A stretch of 64,000 nt of DNA from a virus, in the IMG/VR virus record IMGVR_UViG_3300028654_000012, positions 1 through 64,000 of that record. The stretch is one strand, 5' to 3'. The position numbers and the translations under genes are program-made. Shown here piece by piece: positions 1 to 9,457 of the stretch. The notes below the pieces were generated by a model, which did no database searches, had not been told where the DNA came from, and saw only the letters and a program-made list of their open reading frames with translations. The number at the start of each line of letters is the position of its first letter. The first letter of the stretch is position 1.

Positions 1-2
1 CA

Positions 3-1625
3 CGTGCAACGTATGCAGCCTCATGGGAGTACGGTAACTATCTCCTATCCCGCCTTGCTGCAGATGGCGTTGAGAAGATTGCGGCCACTATGGACGCAAC
101 TATCCTTAGTAAGGAAGCAGCTGGTGCAGTAGGTAAGGATCAGTATAAGCCTGCGGCTCCTCATGCTCCTTCTAAACTAAAGAAAACTGATGAGCAGGGT
201 GTAGATATGGACGGTGGTGGATTCCCTGCGACTCCTCAGGCTGGTTCCGGTAAGGAATGGCCTTCACAGAAGTCTATCGGTAAGGATCAATATAAACCCG
301 TTGGTAAGGGTAAGAAAGCTTCCGATGAAGCTGGTCTAGAAGTTAAGGCCGGTCCTATGGAAGGACTCGATGGTGTTGATGGTATGAACCACCCTCATGA
401 GGAATCTCATGAAGATAAATCAGGTGCATGTATGTGCGCCATGAAGTGTTCAGCTATGTGTCCTCCAGCTTGTGAGTGCGCAAGTCACAAGGTTGAAGCT
501 GCTGCCCCTATGGCAGCTCCGATGGATATGCCTCCTGCAAAAGCTCCTGCTCCTATGCCTATGAAGGAAGCTCCTATGGACATGCCGAAAGACATGCCTA
601 AGGAACATAAAGAGCACAAGGCTCCTGAAGATAAGAAGCCGGAGATGCCTGGAGAACCTAAGGATCACAAAGAGCCTAAGAAAGAGGACCATAAAGCTCC
701 TGAAGATATGTCTGACGAAGAGAAGCTAGAGCATGTTGAAAAGATGCTTGACGCTATGACTCCTGCAGACAAGCTAAAGAAGCCTATGGAAGCTCTACAC
801 AAGGCCCTTGAGAAATTTGACGCGGCAATGCAGAAGCAGATGGAAGCTGATGCTAAGGCAGCCGAGAAGGAAGAGGCTGCTGCCAAGAAGGAAGAGGAAA
901 AGCAGGCGAAGGAAGACGAGAAGAAAGAGAAGGCGGAAGCTAAGGAAGAGGCTAAGGCTGAGAAAGCTGAAGCTAAGTCCGAAAAAGCTGCTCCTAAAGA
1001 AGAGGCTCCTAAGAAGGACGACAAAAAGGATGAAGCCCCTAAGAAGGAAGCAGATGCTGAGGCCCCTAAGACAGAAGAGAAGGAAGCTTCTGCGGACTCT
1101 AAACTCGATGCCGAGAAGAAGGATGTCGCTCTAGCTGAACATGCTAAGAAAGATATTTCTGAACTTGGTAAGCATGAGAAGGCAGAAGTTAAAGAGATGG
1201 AACATGCCGCTTCTAAGTCTGACAGAGAGTTACAGCTCGAAGCTGAGTTGACGACCCTCCGCGCCGAAAAATCTATGCGTGCAAAAGCTGAGTTCTGTAA
1301 GCAGGTTGTCTCTACTATGATCGACAAGAGACTCGTGACTGCAGACGAAGCCGATGTTCAGAAGTTAACAACAGATGGTACGCCGTTGTTTGATGCTCGT
1401 GCACAGGCCTTCAAGCTAGCCGCTGATCGCCAGCACGCGCTGTTGCTCAAGATGGACAACTCTTCGTTGAAGGCGTTCGCAGAGTCCATTGAGAGGATCG
1501 CAAAGCCCGCTGGGACGAATACTACTGCGTCATACAGACTAACCAACCTTCCGTACACGGGTGGTTCAGAAGCTGATTGGCTCAAGGGTATTTGTGACAA
1601 TATGGGTTCTCAGAAGGGACGCTAA
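3..1625 (+). CDS. Putative capsid scaffolding / prohead core protein (5'-partial)
   Basis: The frame is open from base 3 (RATYAASWEYGNYLL...) through the ATG at 90, so the gene probably starts upstream of the window. Very K/E/A/P-rich and coiled-coil-like; lies just before the decoration and capsid genes. Confidence 0.6.
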   Translation, partial: RATYAASWEYGNYLLSRLAADGVEKIAATMDATILSKEAAGAVGKDQYKPAAPHAPSKLKKTDEQGVDMDGGGFPATPQAGSGKEWPSQKSIGKDQYKPVGKGKKASDEAGLEVKAGPMEGLDGVDGMNHPHEESHEDKSGACMCAMKCSAMCPPACECASHKVEAAAPMAAPMDMPPAKAPAPMPMKEAPMDMPKDMPKEHKEHKAPEDKKPEMPGEPKDHKEPKKEDHKAPEDMSDEEKLEHVEKMLDAMTPADKLKKPMEALHKALEKFDAAMQKQMEADAKAAEKEEAAAKKEEEKQAKEDEKKEKAEAKEEAKAEKAEAKSEKAAPKEEAPKKDDKKDEAPKKEADAEAPKTEEKEASADSKLDAEKKDVALAEHAKKDISELGKHEKAEVKEMEHAASKSDRELQLEAELTTLRAEKSMRAKAEFCKQVVSTMIDKRLVTADEADVQKLTTDGTPLFDARAQAFKLAADRQHALLLKMDNSSLKAFAESIERIAKPAGTNTTASYRLTNLPYTGGSEADWLKGICDNMGSQKGR

Positions 1626-1759
1626 CCCATCTACAATTTAGGGTTTGCAAAGCGGCTGACAAGGTAATAGCTACCCAAGATAGATTGCTTGGGAACGCAA
1701 AGTAACGTAAAAGTAAAAGAATCGTAAATCTAAGTTACATTTAATAGGAGAAAAACAAG

Positions 1760-2260
1760 ATGGCTATTCAAGTTATTAAGGAAGTCAATCGAGATGCAGG
1801 TTATTCCGTAGCTAGTGGTGCAACCATTATCGCCGGGCAGCCTCTCGAGCTGTTCCCTGACTCCAACACTGTTCGGCCCTACTCTGGCGTGTCTGGTTCT
1901 TTGCCTCTCGGACTAGCCTCAGACAGCAACCTGATGTTTCCGCTACAAGGTGCAAACGGTCTTACAGCTGGTGCAGGTTATGACTATACTAATTTCGATC
2001 GCGGTGGTCTAGTAGGCGCGTTCGTAAACGGTGGAGAATTCGCGTTGTCTGCAGATGTATATGCAGCTCCGACGGGAACTGTATACCCATACAATCCAAC
2101 GGATACGTACACGCTAAACATGCCCGTCACGGCCGATTCATCTGGTCTAATCAGAGGTGGCGTTCCGGCTTCTGCTACGAATCCAGTAATTGGTACGGTT
2201 ATGGCAGTAACAGGCTCCGCGCCCGTGACGCTGCTACAAATCAAGCTACTTAACGCGTAA
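1760..2260 (+). CDS. Putative head decoration / capsid-stabilising protein
   Basis: AGGAG RBS; 166 aa, G/P/A-rich and beta-like; sits between scaffold and major capsid genes, the usual position for this gene. Confidence 0.55.
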   Translation: MAIQVIKEVNRDAGYSVASGATIIAGQPLELFPDSNTVRPYSGVSGSLPLGLASDSNLMFPLQGANGLTAGAGYDYTNFDRGGLVGAFVNGGEFALSADVYAAPTGTVYPYNPTDTYTLNMPVTADSSGLIRGGVPASATNPVIGTVMAVTGSAPVTLLQIKLLNA

Positions 2261-2293
2261 GTTAAATAGTATATAATATTAGGAGAAATGCAA

Positions 2294-3262
2294 ATGAGTG
2301 ACATGAATGCAGTTCCTGCAGATGAGCAGATTTTTGGTCTGAACCTTACTGCTTCGCAGGTTGAGGAAAGACTTACTCGTCTCATGAATTCTCCTGGTGG
2401 GCGTCAGACAATCGCTCAGCAGATGCTCTCGCCGCTAAAGAGAGACTTGCTGTTTGAAGGTCGGATTCGCCAGTTGTATCAGACGTATAAGCTCGCTATG
2501 GGTGAGGAAGCCGTATTCGACGCAGACTTGGACGTTCCAGCAGCTAGTATTTCGGTAGAAGGTTTGCCGCAGCAGCTAGAAGTTAAGTCAGATCGTATCC
2601 GCGTTGAAACTTCGCCTATTACTGTTCGCCCCTTAGTTCGTTGGAATGAGTCGAATTTCCGTAAGTTCGACATTCTGAATCGGGCACAGGAACGTGCTAA
2701 AGCGTCTATCCAGCTCCAGGAAGATTCTCGAGGTTTTAATCTGTTGCAGTATGCCGCAAGTCTAACAAACCAGCCGAACGTAGCGTCCCTAGCGGGTACT
2801 ACTGCGGCTTCAAGTAATCCATCACTTCTTACCGATACGTCGGGTAAGTTGTCTCAGGAAACTCTTGTCAATGCAATCGTTACGCTTCGTTCTAAGCTAG
2901 TCCCTTGCAGCAAGATTTTCTTGAACCCAATTCGTTCCGCTGACCTTATGTTGTTCAATACGGTTATCGGTTCTGCGGGTGGTGCTGGTATCTTCGCGCC
3001 GAACTTCCAGGATCAGGCTCTTAAGGCTGGCCGCGTTGGAAACATTTGGGGCGTAGAAGTCCTCGAAGACATCATTGTTCCTTCCGCACAGGTGTATGTC
3101 CTCGCGCCGGCTGATTACCTTGGTGTACTAGCCGTTCGTACGGATCTATCTGTTGAGACCCTGAAGGATTCTAACAAGTTCGCGGACGTGTTCGCGATCT
3201 GGGAAGATGTAGGGTTCGTGATCCGCTTCGCGAAGGGTATTGTACAGATTACCGTAAGCTAA
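2294..3262 (+). CDS. Major capsid protein (HK97-like fold)
   Basis: ~322 aa. N-terminal GRQTIAQQMLSPLKRDLLFEG and C-terminal GNIWGVEV...IVP...VYVLAPADYLGVLAVR...WEDVGFVI resemble large-phage capsid proteins. AGGAG at 2281-2285 fits the ATG at 2294 better than 2288. Followed by a strong terminator. Confidence 0.8.
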   Translation: MSDMNAVPADEQIFGLNLTASQVEERLTRLMNSPGGRQTIAQQMLSPLKRDLLFEGRIRQLYQTYKLAMGEEAVFDADLDVPAASISVEGLPQQLEVKSDRIRVETSPITVRPLVRWNESNFRKFDILNRAQERAKASIQLQEDSRGFNLLQYAASLTNQPNVASLAGTTAASSNPSLLTDTSGKLSQETLVNAIVTLRSKLVPCSKIFLNPIRSADLMLFNTVIGSAGGAGIFAPNFQDQALKAGRVGNIWGVEVLEDIIVPSAQVYVLAPADYLGVLAVRTDLSVETLKDSNKFADVFAIWEDVGFVIRFAKGIVQITVS

Positions 3263-3301
3263 TTAGTAATCCGCATAGCTTATTTAAAGATTACCTCAAA
3301 C

Positions 3302-3345
3302 GGGGGAGTTGGGAAGTAAATCTCCCAACTCCCCCCTTTGTTTTA
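3302..3345 (+). terminator. Rho-independent terminator after the major capsid gene
   Basis: 13-bp perfect stem GGGGGAGTTGGGA (3302-3314) / TCCCAACTCCCCC (3323-3335), 8-nt loop, followed by CTTTGTTTT. Confidence 0.9.
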
Positions 3346-3521
3346 TATATGGTCCGATTTGACGTTCGAGTAATAGATGGTTCGGAATGTGTCGTAGGTT
3401 CACGAGTTGGTATTTCTCGCATCGTGGATGTATGTTACGAAATTTGTCTTACATCTACGTTAAAAGTAACGGGACGCCGTAACTTAAAAATGCGTTTAAT
3501 AAATCTCTCGGAGAAAACAAA

Positions 3522-4400
3522 ATGGCATTAGTACCTAAAGTCATTACAAGTCTAATTAATGAAGAAATTATTTTAGACGACGTAAGAGGTTTTGCAGGCG
3601 GAGAGGTTCGTATTCCCGCTCTAGCTGCTAATCTTGATCTTACCACGATGGCAACAGAAGATGCTTTGGCAGCTTCTTTCCATCTAGCACACATCGCTAA
3701 TGTAGGAGATGTTACGGTTAACCAAGGTTTTACAGTTGGGGTACCTTTTCCTGCAGCGCCGTTCACAGGTAATCCATATCCTGATGCATCTATGGGTTAT
3801 GCTCTTTCAGCTTCTTCCACAATTACCAACGTAGGTGCTTCGGTAATTACAGGAGACCTTGATCTTTATCCTGGAACTTCAGTAACTGGCTTTCCTCCAG
3901 GAGTTGTACATGGGGCGCAAAATATTGCTAACGCTACTGCCCAGTCTTCACAGGCATCAGCTCTAGCAGCATTTACTGCAGCTAACGCACTTGGCGGTGC
4001 AACAGTTCTTACAGGAGATCTACATACTCATAGTCCCTTAGCTCCTGGCGTCTATTCGTACGCTTCATCTGCAGCCTTGACGGGAACACTAGTATTAGCG
4101 GGTTCTCCCTCTGATACATGGGTTTTCCAGATTGGTACTACGTTAACAACCGCATCTGCTTCTGTAATGTCCATGTCGGGCGGAGCAGTAGCGAGTAACG
4201 TACTCTGGGCAGTAGGCTCTTCAGCTACTCTCGGTACAGGTAGTACATTGGAAGGAAATGTTATCGCTGACGCAAGTATTTCTTTGAACGGCGGTAATAC
4301 AGTTAATGGACAGTTGGCAGCTCTTACCGGCGCGATTACAATCGCAGGCGCTAGTACGGTCACTGCTCCTAGTAGCTTCAATGGCGTAACGTGGGCGTAA
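3522..4400 (+). CDS. DUF3494 ice-binding-like domain protein with an N-terminal putative virion-anchoring module
   Basis: About 3798-4365 carries the DUF3494 pattern YALSASSTITNVG...GDLDLYPGTSVTGFPPG...PGVY...LTGTLVL...WVFQIGTTLTTAS...NVLWAVGSSATLGT...GQLAALTGAITI. The first ~70 aa align with the N-terminus of the 39141 fibre. Confidence 0.85.
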   Translation: MALVPKVITSLINEEIILDDVRGFAGGEVRIPALAANLDLTTMATEDALAASFHLAHIANVGDVTVNQGFTVGVPFPAAPFTGNPYPDASMGYALSASSTITNVGASVITGDLDLYPGTSVTGFPPGVVHGAQNIANATAQSSQASALAAFTAANALGGATVLTGDLHTHSPLAPGVYSYASSAALTGTLVLAGSPSDTWVFQIGTTLTTASASVMSMSGGAVASNVLWAVGSSATLGTGSTLEGNVIADASISLNGGNTVNGQLAALTGAITIAGASTVTAPSSFNGVTWA

Positions 4401-4421
4401 TTAGGTAGTTTTAATCAGGGC

Positions 4422-4457
4422 GCTGGTCCCCTTCATAGGCCAGCACAATTTTGTTTT
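4422..4457 (+). terminator. Possible weak terminator
   Basis: GCTGGTC / GGCCAGC stem (one G-T pair) followed by AATTTTGTTTT. Confidence 0.4.
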
Positions 4458-4483
4458 AGTAACGATACGAACGGAGAAATAAA

Positions 4484-4981
4484 ATGGATTTAAGCAACGA
4501 GAAGTACAAATGCGCTATTCAAAGCGGTGAAGGACTAATTTTAGTAGACCTTTATATTCGGACCGCTGATAATAAAATTTTACGCCCTGTAAAGTTACAG
4601 AAGGGCGAGTATGTTCCTAATGAGGCCGTAGATGCCTCCGACATTTTAAAATCACGCCTTGGCGGGTCTCTAGGTAGATCTATCAAGATGGGTTGGATTG
4701 TTGTTGAGAATCCCGCTCTCCCCGCTGAGGTAGAGAAGAAAGAAGTTCCTGCTATGGATGTTCCCAAAATGACCAATGCAGGCATTACTGAAGTAGCCGC
4801 AGGCATTGTCAAGCCTAATCAGATATCAAATCCGATTTCCGGAGTAGTTACGCCAAGAGAAAATAGTCCTTGGCCTAAAGATACAGAACTACCTGTAATT
4901 CAGTTGATGTCCGATAAGGATTCTAGGACTGATAATTCTATGGCTATTACAGAAACATCTCATCTTAAAAAAGATAACTAA
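4484..4981 (+). CDS. Hypothetical protein
   Basis: 165-aa ORF with a GGAG RBS inside the structural operon. Confidence 0.6.
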   Translation: MDLSNEKYKCAIQSGEGLILVDLYIRTADNKILRPVKLQKGEYVPNEAVDASDILKSRLGGSLGRSIKMGWIVVENPALPAEVEKKEVPAMDVPKMTNAGITEVAAGIVKPNQISNPISGVVTPRENSPWPKDTELPVIQLMSDKDSRTDNSMAITETSHLKKDN

Positions 4982-4987
4982 AATATC

Positions 4988-6823
4988 ATGTCAGAATATA
5001 ATCTACAACCCTCCTACCCTGATGTAAGCGCTCTAACAACCAACGACAAGGCTATCTCTGTAGTCTATGGCCGTGTTCCTGTAACAGGGGTCTTAGTTCC
5101 TCTCCAAGTAGATGCTTCTGGCGCTTTAGTCACTACTGGAGGTGGTGGAGGCGGAACTCCTAGTGGCCCCGCTGGTGGAGATCTATCTGGTACTTACCCT
5201 AATCCAACAGTAGACATAGCTACTAATATTCGTGGAGGAAGTCCCTCAGAGCTCCTAATTCAAACGGCCTTTAATACTACTGGTTTCGTAGCTGCAGGGG
5301 CCGTAAATCAAATTCTGTCACTTAACATTGCAGGTAATCCTATTTGGACGATTGCTCCTGCAATCAGTGCGCAGTTTATGACCTCATTTCCTACCCTTAA
5401 CCAAGATACTACAGGTACTGCAGCTATAGCGAACTCGTTAGCTACTTCTTCTTCTCCGGTTAGTGTAAGTGCAGCTGTTCCTCCTACAATAGGTCAAACT
5501 TTGGTGGCTACCGATGCTACTCATGCTACTTGGCAAACTCCTTCTGCTGGAGCTCCTGCGGGTTCAAACGGTGAAATACAATTTAATAACTCAGGAGTTT
5601 TTGGAGCGTCTAATGAATTTTCAGTAGATCTGAGTGGAAATGATCCATTAATTTTCTTAGGAAATGGGGTTGGTACTGCAGGGGCTTATACATATCTTTC
5701 AGATCACGATCAATTTACTGTATACTCCAACTATAATGTTAATTTGGATGCTCAACTATATCCTATAGGTTCTTCGTGGATTATGACGATGGGTCCGGGA
5801 GGAGGAGGTTTCCATCTTAATAGGGCTGCTCCCGGTACTACTGCTTTTAATCCCTACTTTACAGTAGATGAAGCAGCACAGGTAGGTATAGGTGTTGGAA
5901 ATAATGCTCCCCGTACAACTTTAGACGTACTAGTAGGATCTCCGAATACTCTAGGAGATGCCCTAACTGCTGCTGTTATTACAGCTGGAACTCCCGTAAA
6001 TCCTTCTGCAGGACAGCTTTCAATTCAAGCTAACGACGATCAGGCAGTGGATATGGGCGGAGTACTCACCTTTGTTGCACGCTATATCACAGGAGACCCT
6101 GGTGGCGCGGCAATGGCTGCCATAAGAGGTGCGAAAGAAAACGGTACTTCAAACGATCTAAATGGATACCTCTCCTTTCATCCTAGGAGACAAGGGATAA
6201 GCTATGATTTCCCTCAGTCTGAGAGAATGCGCTTAACGTCCCAAGGATTCTTAGGTATCAATACAACTACTCCTAGTGCTCTCCTAGATGTAGAGGGAGC
6301 TTCAGGAACTACTCTTAAGATTGTAGATACTAACCAAGGTGCAGGTAAGGTCTTAACATCCGATGCTTCAGGTAATGCCAGTTGGCAAACTCCGTCTGCT
6401 CCGATTATGCCTTATGGTTATTTTTATGCTCTCATGCCTGGAGATAACGCGGCAACTGTTGCTCAAGGTACTGCAATTGAATTCCCTCAAGATGGAGCAG
6501 CGAATGGAATTGTTAGGTCAAGTGCTACTCAGTTTACCTTACCTAATACAGGTACCTATGAAGTTTCCTGGCAGGCAAGTATTAATGAAGCTTGCCAAAC
6601 CGTTCTATGCATTAATGGTGTAGAGCAAGCTCATTCTGTAGTGGGCCGTGCTACAGGTACTAACCAGATTTCAAATACAGTATTGATTACGGCTACTGCG
6701 GGCGATCTAGTAAGTATTCAGAACCCTGCAGCTACTGCTACAGTATTAACGCTGACACCTAACGCAGGAGCGGGAGCAGTTTCACCTGTTTCAGCTTCAG
6801 TGGTAATTAAGCAACTTCAATAA
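4988..6823 (+). CDS. Fibre/adhesin with a C-terminal BclA/C1q-like domain
   Basis: Fibre linker motifs (PSGPAGGDLSGTYPNPTV, GKVLTSDASGNASWQ). The C-terminal ~140 aa (YGYFY...FTLPNTGTYEVSWQ...VVGRATGTNQI...VSASVVIKQL) match the BclA-C/C1q jelly-roll pattern. Confidence 0.7.
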   Translation: MSEYNLQPSYPDVSALTTNDKAISVVYGRVPVTGVLVPLQVDASGALVTTGGGGGGTPSGPAGGDLSGTYPNPTVDIATNIRGGSPSELLIQTAFNTTGFVAAGAVNQILSLNIAGNPIWTIAPAISAQFMTSFPTLNQDTTGTAAIANSLATSSSPVSVSAAVPPTIGQTLVATDATHATWQTPSAGAPAGSNGEIQFNNSGVFGASNEFSVDLSGNDPLIFLGNGVGTAGAYTYLSDHDQFTVYSNYNVNLDAQLYPIGSSWIMTMGPGGGGFHLNRAAPGTTAFNPYFTVDEAAQVGIGVGNNAPRTTLDVLVGSPNTLGDALTAAVITAGTPVNPSAGQLSIQANDDQAVDMGGVLTFVARYITGDPGGAAMAAIRGAKENGTSNDLNGYLSFHPRRQGISYDFPQSERMRLTSQGFLGINTTTPSALLDVEGASGTTLKIVDTNQGAGKVLTSDASGNASWQTPSAPIMPYGYFYALMPGDNAATVAQGTAIEFPQDGAANGIVRSSATQFTLPNTGTYEVSWQASINEACQTVLCINGVEQAHSVVGRATGTNQISNTVLITATAGDLVSIQNPAATATVLTLTPNAGAGAVSPVSASVVIKQLQ

Positions 6824-6826
6824 ACT

Positions 6827-7210
6827 ATGACATATAACCTAAAGCCTTCATATCCTAACGTAAGCGTTTTAACTACCAATGATAAGGCTATTTCCGTATT
6901 ATATGGCAGATATACTGACGGTACATTGATTCCAATTTTAATTGATAGCTCAGGCACTGTAGCTACAGCTAGTGGCAACGTCCTTGCTTTTAACAGTAAT
7001 CCTAGTGTAGGAGGGTCTCCTACAGAAGCTTTAACTATACCTGGACTTCTAGGTACAGACACTATCTTAGCAGTTACTCAGGTAACTCCTGGATCTATAT
7101 CTACCTCTTCTATCGTAGGATATTCAGGGCAAGCAAATAACGCTTTAACTGTTCAGTGGACTGCTAACGAAGGATCAGGCGCTGTCGTAAGGGTAATGGT
7201 TAATCGGTAA
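6827..7210 (+). CDS. Small virion protein sharing its N-terminal module with the 4988 gene
   Basis: MTYNLKPSYPNVSVLTTNDKAISVLYGR is nearly identical to MSEYNLQPSYPDVSALTTNDKAISVVYGR. Confidence 0.7.
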   Translation: MTYNLKPSYPNVSVLTTNDKAISVLYGRYTDGTLIPILIDSSGTVATASGNVLAFNSNPSVGGSPTEALTIPGLLGTDTILAVTQVTPGSISTSSIVGYSGQANNALTVQWTANEGSGAVVRVMVNR

Positions 7211-7219
7211 AATATAACT

Positions 7220-9445
7220 ATGGCACAAACTAAAGTCACCGCCGAAGATATTACTTCTAATGTAGAACTAGTCCCCGCTCCTGGAGGATCTCCTCTTGTT
7301 GCAGATGGAGCGGGTAACGCAGTTTGGTACGATAATAGTGGGCAGGACTATCAGATACTATTTCCAGATCCAGGCCTTAATACTACGCCTTGTGGAGGTC
7401 CTGATGGATTTGACTCTACTAGCATAAGGGTAGACGACTCAGGCAATATTAAGCCGGGCGAAAACTTATTTGATCTAATAAATATTTCAGGAAATCTTAC
7501 GCAAGGTAATCCGGCAAGCTTAGTACTTAGTTGCGTATCTAGTCCTCTTACTACGGGAAGTATGTCACTTGTATGGGATGGCCAAATTAATGGGTGGTCA
7601 GGTACATGGACTCTATCTCCTAATTCAGGCCCTGTAGTAATTACAATAGGTCTTAATGGAGCTGGAGGTTCTCTCGTCTCTGACCCTTCAGCAAAGACTA
7701 TAGCTTTCTGGGAGGAAGGAGGATTCCTATTTAACGATCCTAACTTATCATGGAATCCTTCTACTCACACTCTAGGGTTAGGAAGTTTAGGATATCCAGA
7801 AGTTTTCTTATCGGCCACAGATGTTAGTGGTAGAGGCCTTCTCTTTGAAACTACTACCGGTGCGGGTATCCATTGTAATGATTGCTTATTTTTAGCTACT
7901 AACGTAGCAGCTCCGGATCAGGATTGCTTTTTAGCCCTAGAATCGCCGGCAGCTCAGTGGTTGGTAGTTTCTGAAAACTCCGATGGTGCATTCAAAATTT
8001 CATACAATACCTCACCTAATCCTGTAACAAGTCCGCTATACATCGGAGTAGCTGCTCCTAATGATTGTATACATGTTTCTAGCGCCGGAATCGTAGGACT
8101 TGGAAATAATAATCTCCAAGTAAATACTAGTGGTGACTTAATAAAGATTAAGAATGTATCCTATAGCTGGCCTTCTGCTCAGGCTGCCCTATCAAACTAC
8201 GTATTAACTAATGATGGTTCAGGAAATCTGTCTTGGGGTCCGGGAGGAGGCGGAGGAGGAGGTGGAGGTACTTATTCTCGTGTAAACGCTACCGGAAATA
8301 GCGCTACAACGGTTTTTACTGTACCTACGTATACTTTAGGGAACAACGCTCTCTTAGTTTATAATGATGGAGTACTGCTAACTAAGACTGTAGACTATGC
8401 AGAAACTAGCACTACATCTATTACCTTTACAATCGCGCCCGTAACAGGAGCGTCGTTATCTTTCATAGTAGCTACTGCAGGTGCTGTGGGTAGCTTAAGT
8501 GGCGGAACCGCCGGAGAAGTACCTTACCAAGCGGCAAGTGGAGTTACTTCCTTTACATCTGTAGGTACTACAGGACAGGTATTAACTTCAAATGGAGCAG
8601 GAGCCCCTACGTGGACTACTCCTGTAGCCTCAGCAGCAGGTTCATCTACCCAGATTCAGTACAATACTGGGGGCTTATTCGACGCTAGCTTTAAACTCAT
8701 TTGGGACAATACTAATAGTCAAGAATCTATCTTAGGGCATTCTTCAGGCGCTTTTACAAATGGTGCCCTGTCACTCACTGTTTATAATGGTGCAGGAGTT
8801 TATCCTGTTCCAGCAGGAGTATCTTTAGGTGATAGTGTTGTAAGTGGATTTGGTGCTGGAAACATCCATATTACCGTCTCGGATAACTTCGGATCTCGCC
8901 CAGCCTTAACAGCTAAGTCCACGAGCGGTGTTACTAACGTAGGTATCGGTACAGTTACTCCTTCTGCTTTTTTCTCTGTAGGGCCTTCCTCACAGTTCAG
9001 CGTTGATAATGCAGGTAATGCAACGGCCGTTTCATTTACAGGTCCTTTAACGGGTAATGTTACTGGAAGTGCTTCGGCAGTGGCCGGAATTACTGTTTCA
9101 GGGACTCCTTCTACAAGTCAGATACTAACAGCTACATCTTCCACTACTGCCAATTGGCAAGCCCCGGCGGCTCCAGCAGCAGCAGGATCTACAGGGGCTG
9201 TTCAGTTTAATTCTGCGGGATCTCTTGCAGCAGATACAACTAACTTCTTTTGGAATAATACGAGTAAGGCGTTAGGTATTGGAACATCTTCACCGAATGC
9301 GGCAGCAATCGTTGATCTAACTTCTACCACACAAGGTTTCTTACCTCCGAGAATGACTACCACTCAGAGAGATGCTATTGCAAGTCCTCCTTCAGGACTT
9401 ATTATTTATAATATTACTACGGGAGAATTAGAAACTTTCGTATAA
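7220..9445 (+). CDS. Fibre protein
   Basis: 741 aa, G/S/T-rich, with recurrent fibre motifs (GQVLTSNG, QIQYN, VGIGT, GFLPPRMTTTQRDAI). Confidence 0.7.
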   Translation: MAQTKVTAEDITSNVELVPAPGGSPLVADGAGNAVWYDNSGQDYQILFPDPGLNTTPCGGPDGFDSTSIRVDDSGNIKPGENLFDLINISGNLTQGNPASLVLSCVSSPLTTGSMSLVWDGQINGWSGTWTLSPNSGPVVITIGLNGAGGSLVSDPSAKTIAFWEEGGFLFNDPNLSWNPSTHTLGLGSLGYPEVFLSATDVSGRGLLFETTTGAGIHCNDCLFLATNVAAPDQDCFLALESPAAQWLVVSENSDGAFKISYNTSPNPVTSPLYIGVAAPNDCIHVSSAGIVGLGNNNLQVNTSGDLIKIKNVSYSWPSAQAALSNYVLTNDGSGNLSWGPGGGGGGGGGTYSRVNATGNSATTVFTVPTYTLGNNALLVYNDGVLLTKTVDYAETSTTSITFTIAPVTGASLSFIVATAGAVGSLSGGTAGEVPYQAASGVTSFTSVGTTGQVLTSNGAGAPTWTTPVASAAGSSTQIQYNTGGLFDASFKLIWDNTNSQESILGHSSGAFTNGALSLTVYNGAGVYPVPAGVSLGDSVVSGFGAGNIHITVSDNFGSRPALTAKSTSGVTNVGIGTVTPSAFFSVGPSSQFSVDNAGNATAVSFTGPLTGNVTGSASAVAGITVSGTPSTSQILTATSSTTANWQAPAAPAAAGSTGAVQFNSAGSLAADTTNFFWNNTSKALGIGTSSPNAAAIVDLTSTTQGFLPPRMTTTQRDAIASPPSGLIIYNITTGELETFV

Positions 9446-9457
9446 GAGGAAATTACC

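Noticed and set aside
1626-1759. c-di-GMP-I riboswitch-like words (GCAAAG, GGGAACGCAAAG) and small hairpins before the decoration gene
   Set aside because: No GNRA tetraloop/receptor architecture, and the spacing is wrong. An Infernal search would be needed to revive the idea.
3360-3410. tRNA-like GTTCGA motifs
   Set aside because: No cloverleaf, acceptor stem or anticodon arm could be built.
3349-3531. 60-aa ORF after the capsid terminator
   Set aside because: No RBS, overlaps the next start, no motif. Treated as a non-coding leader.
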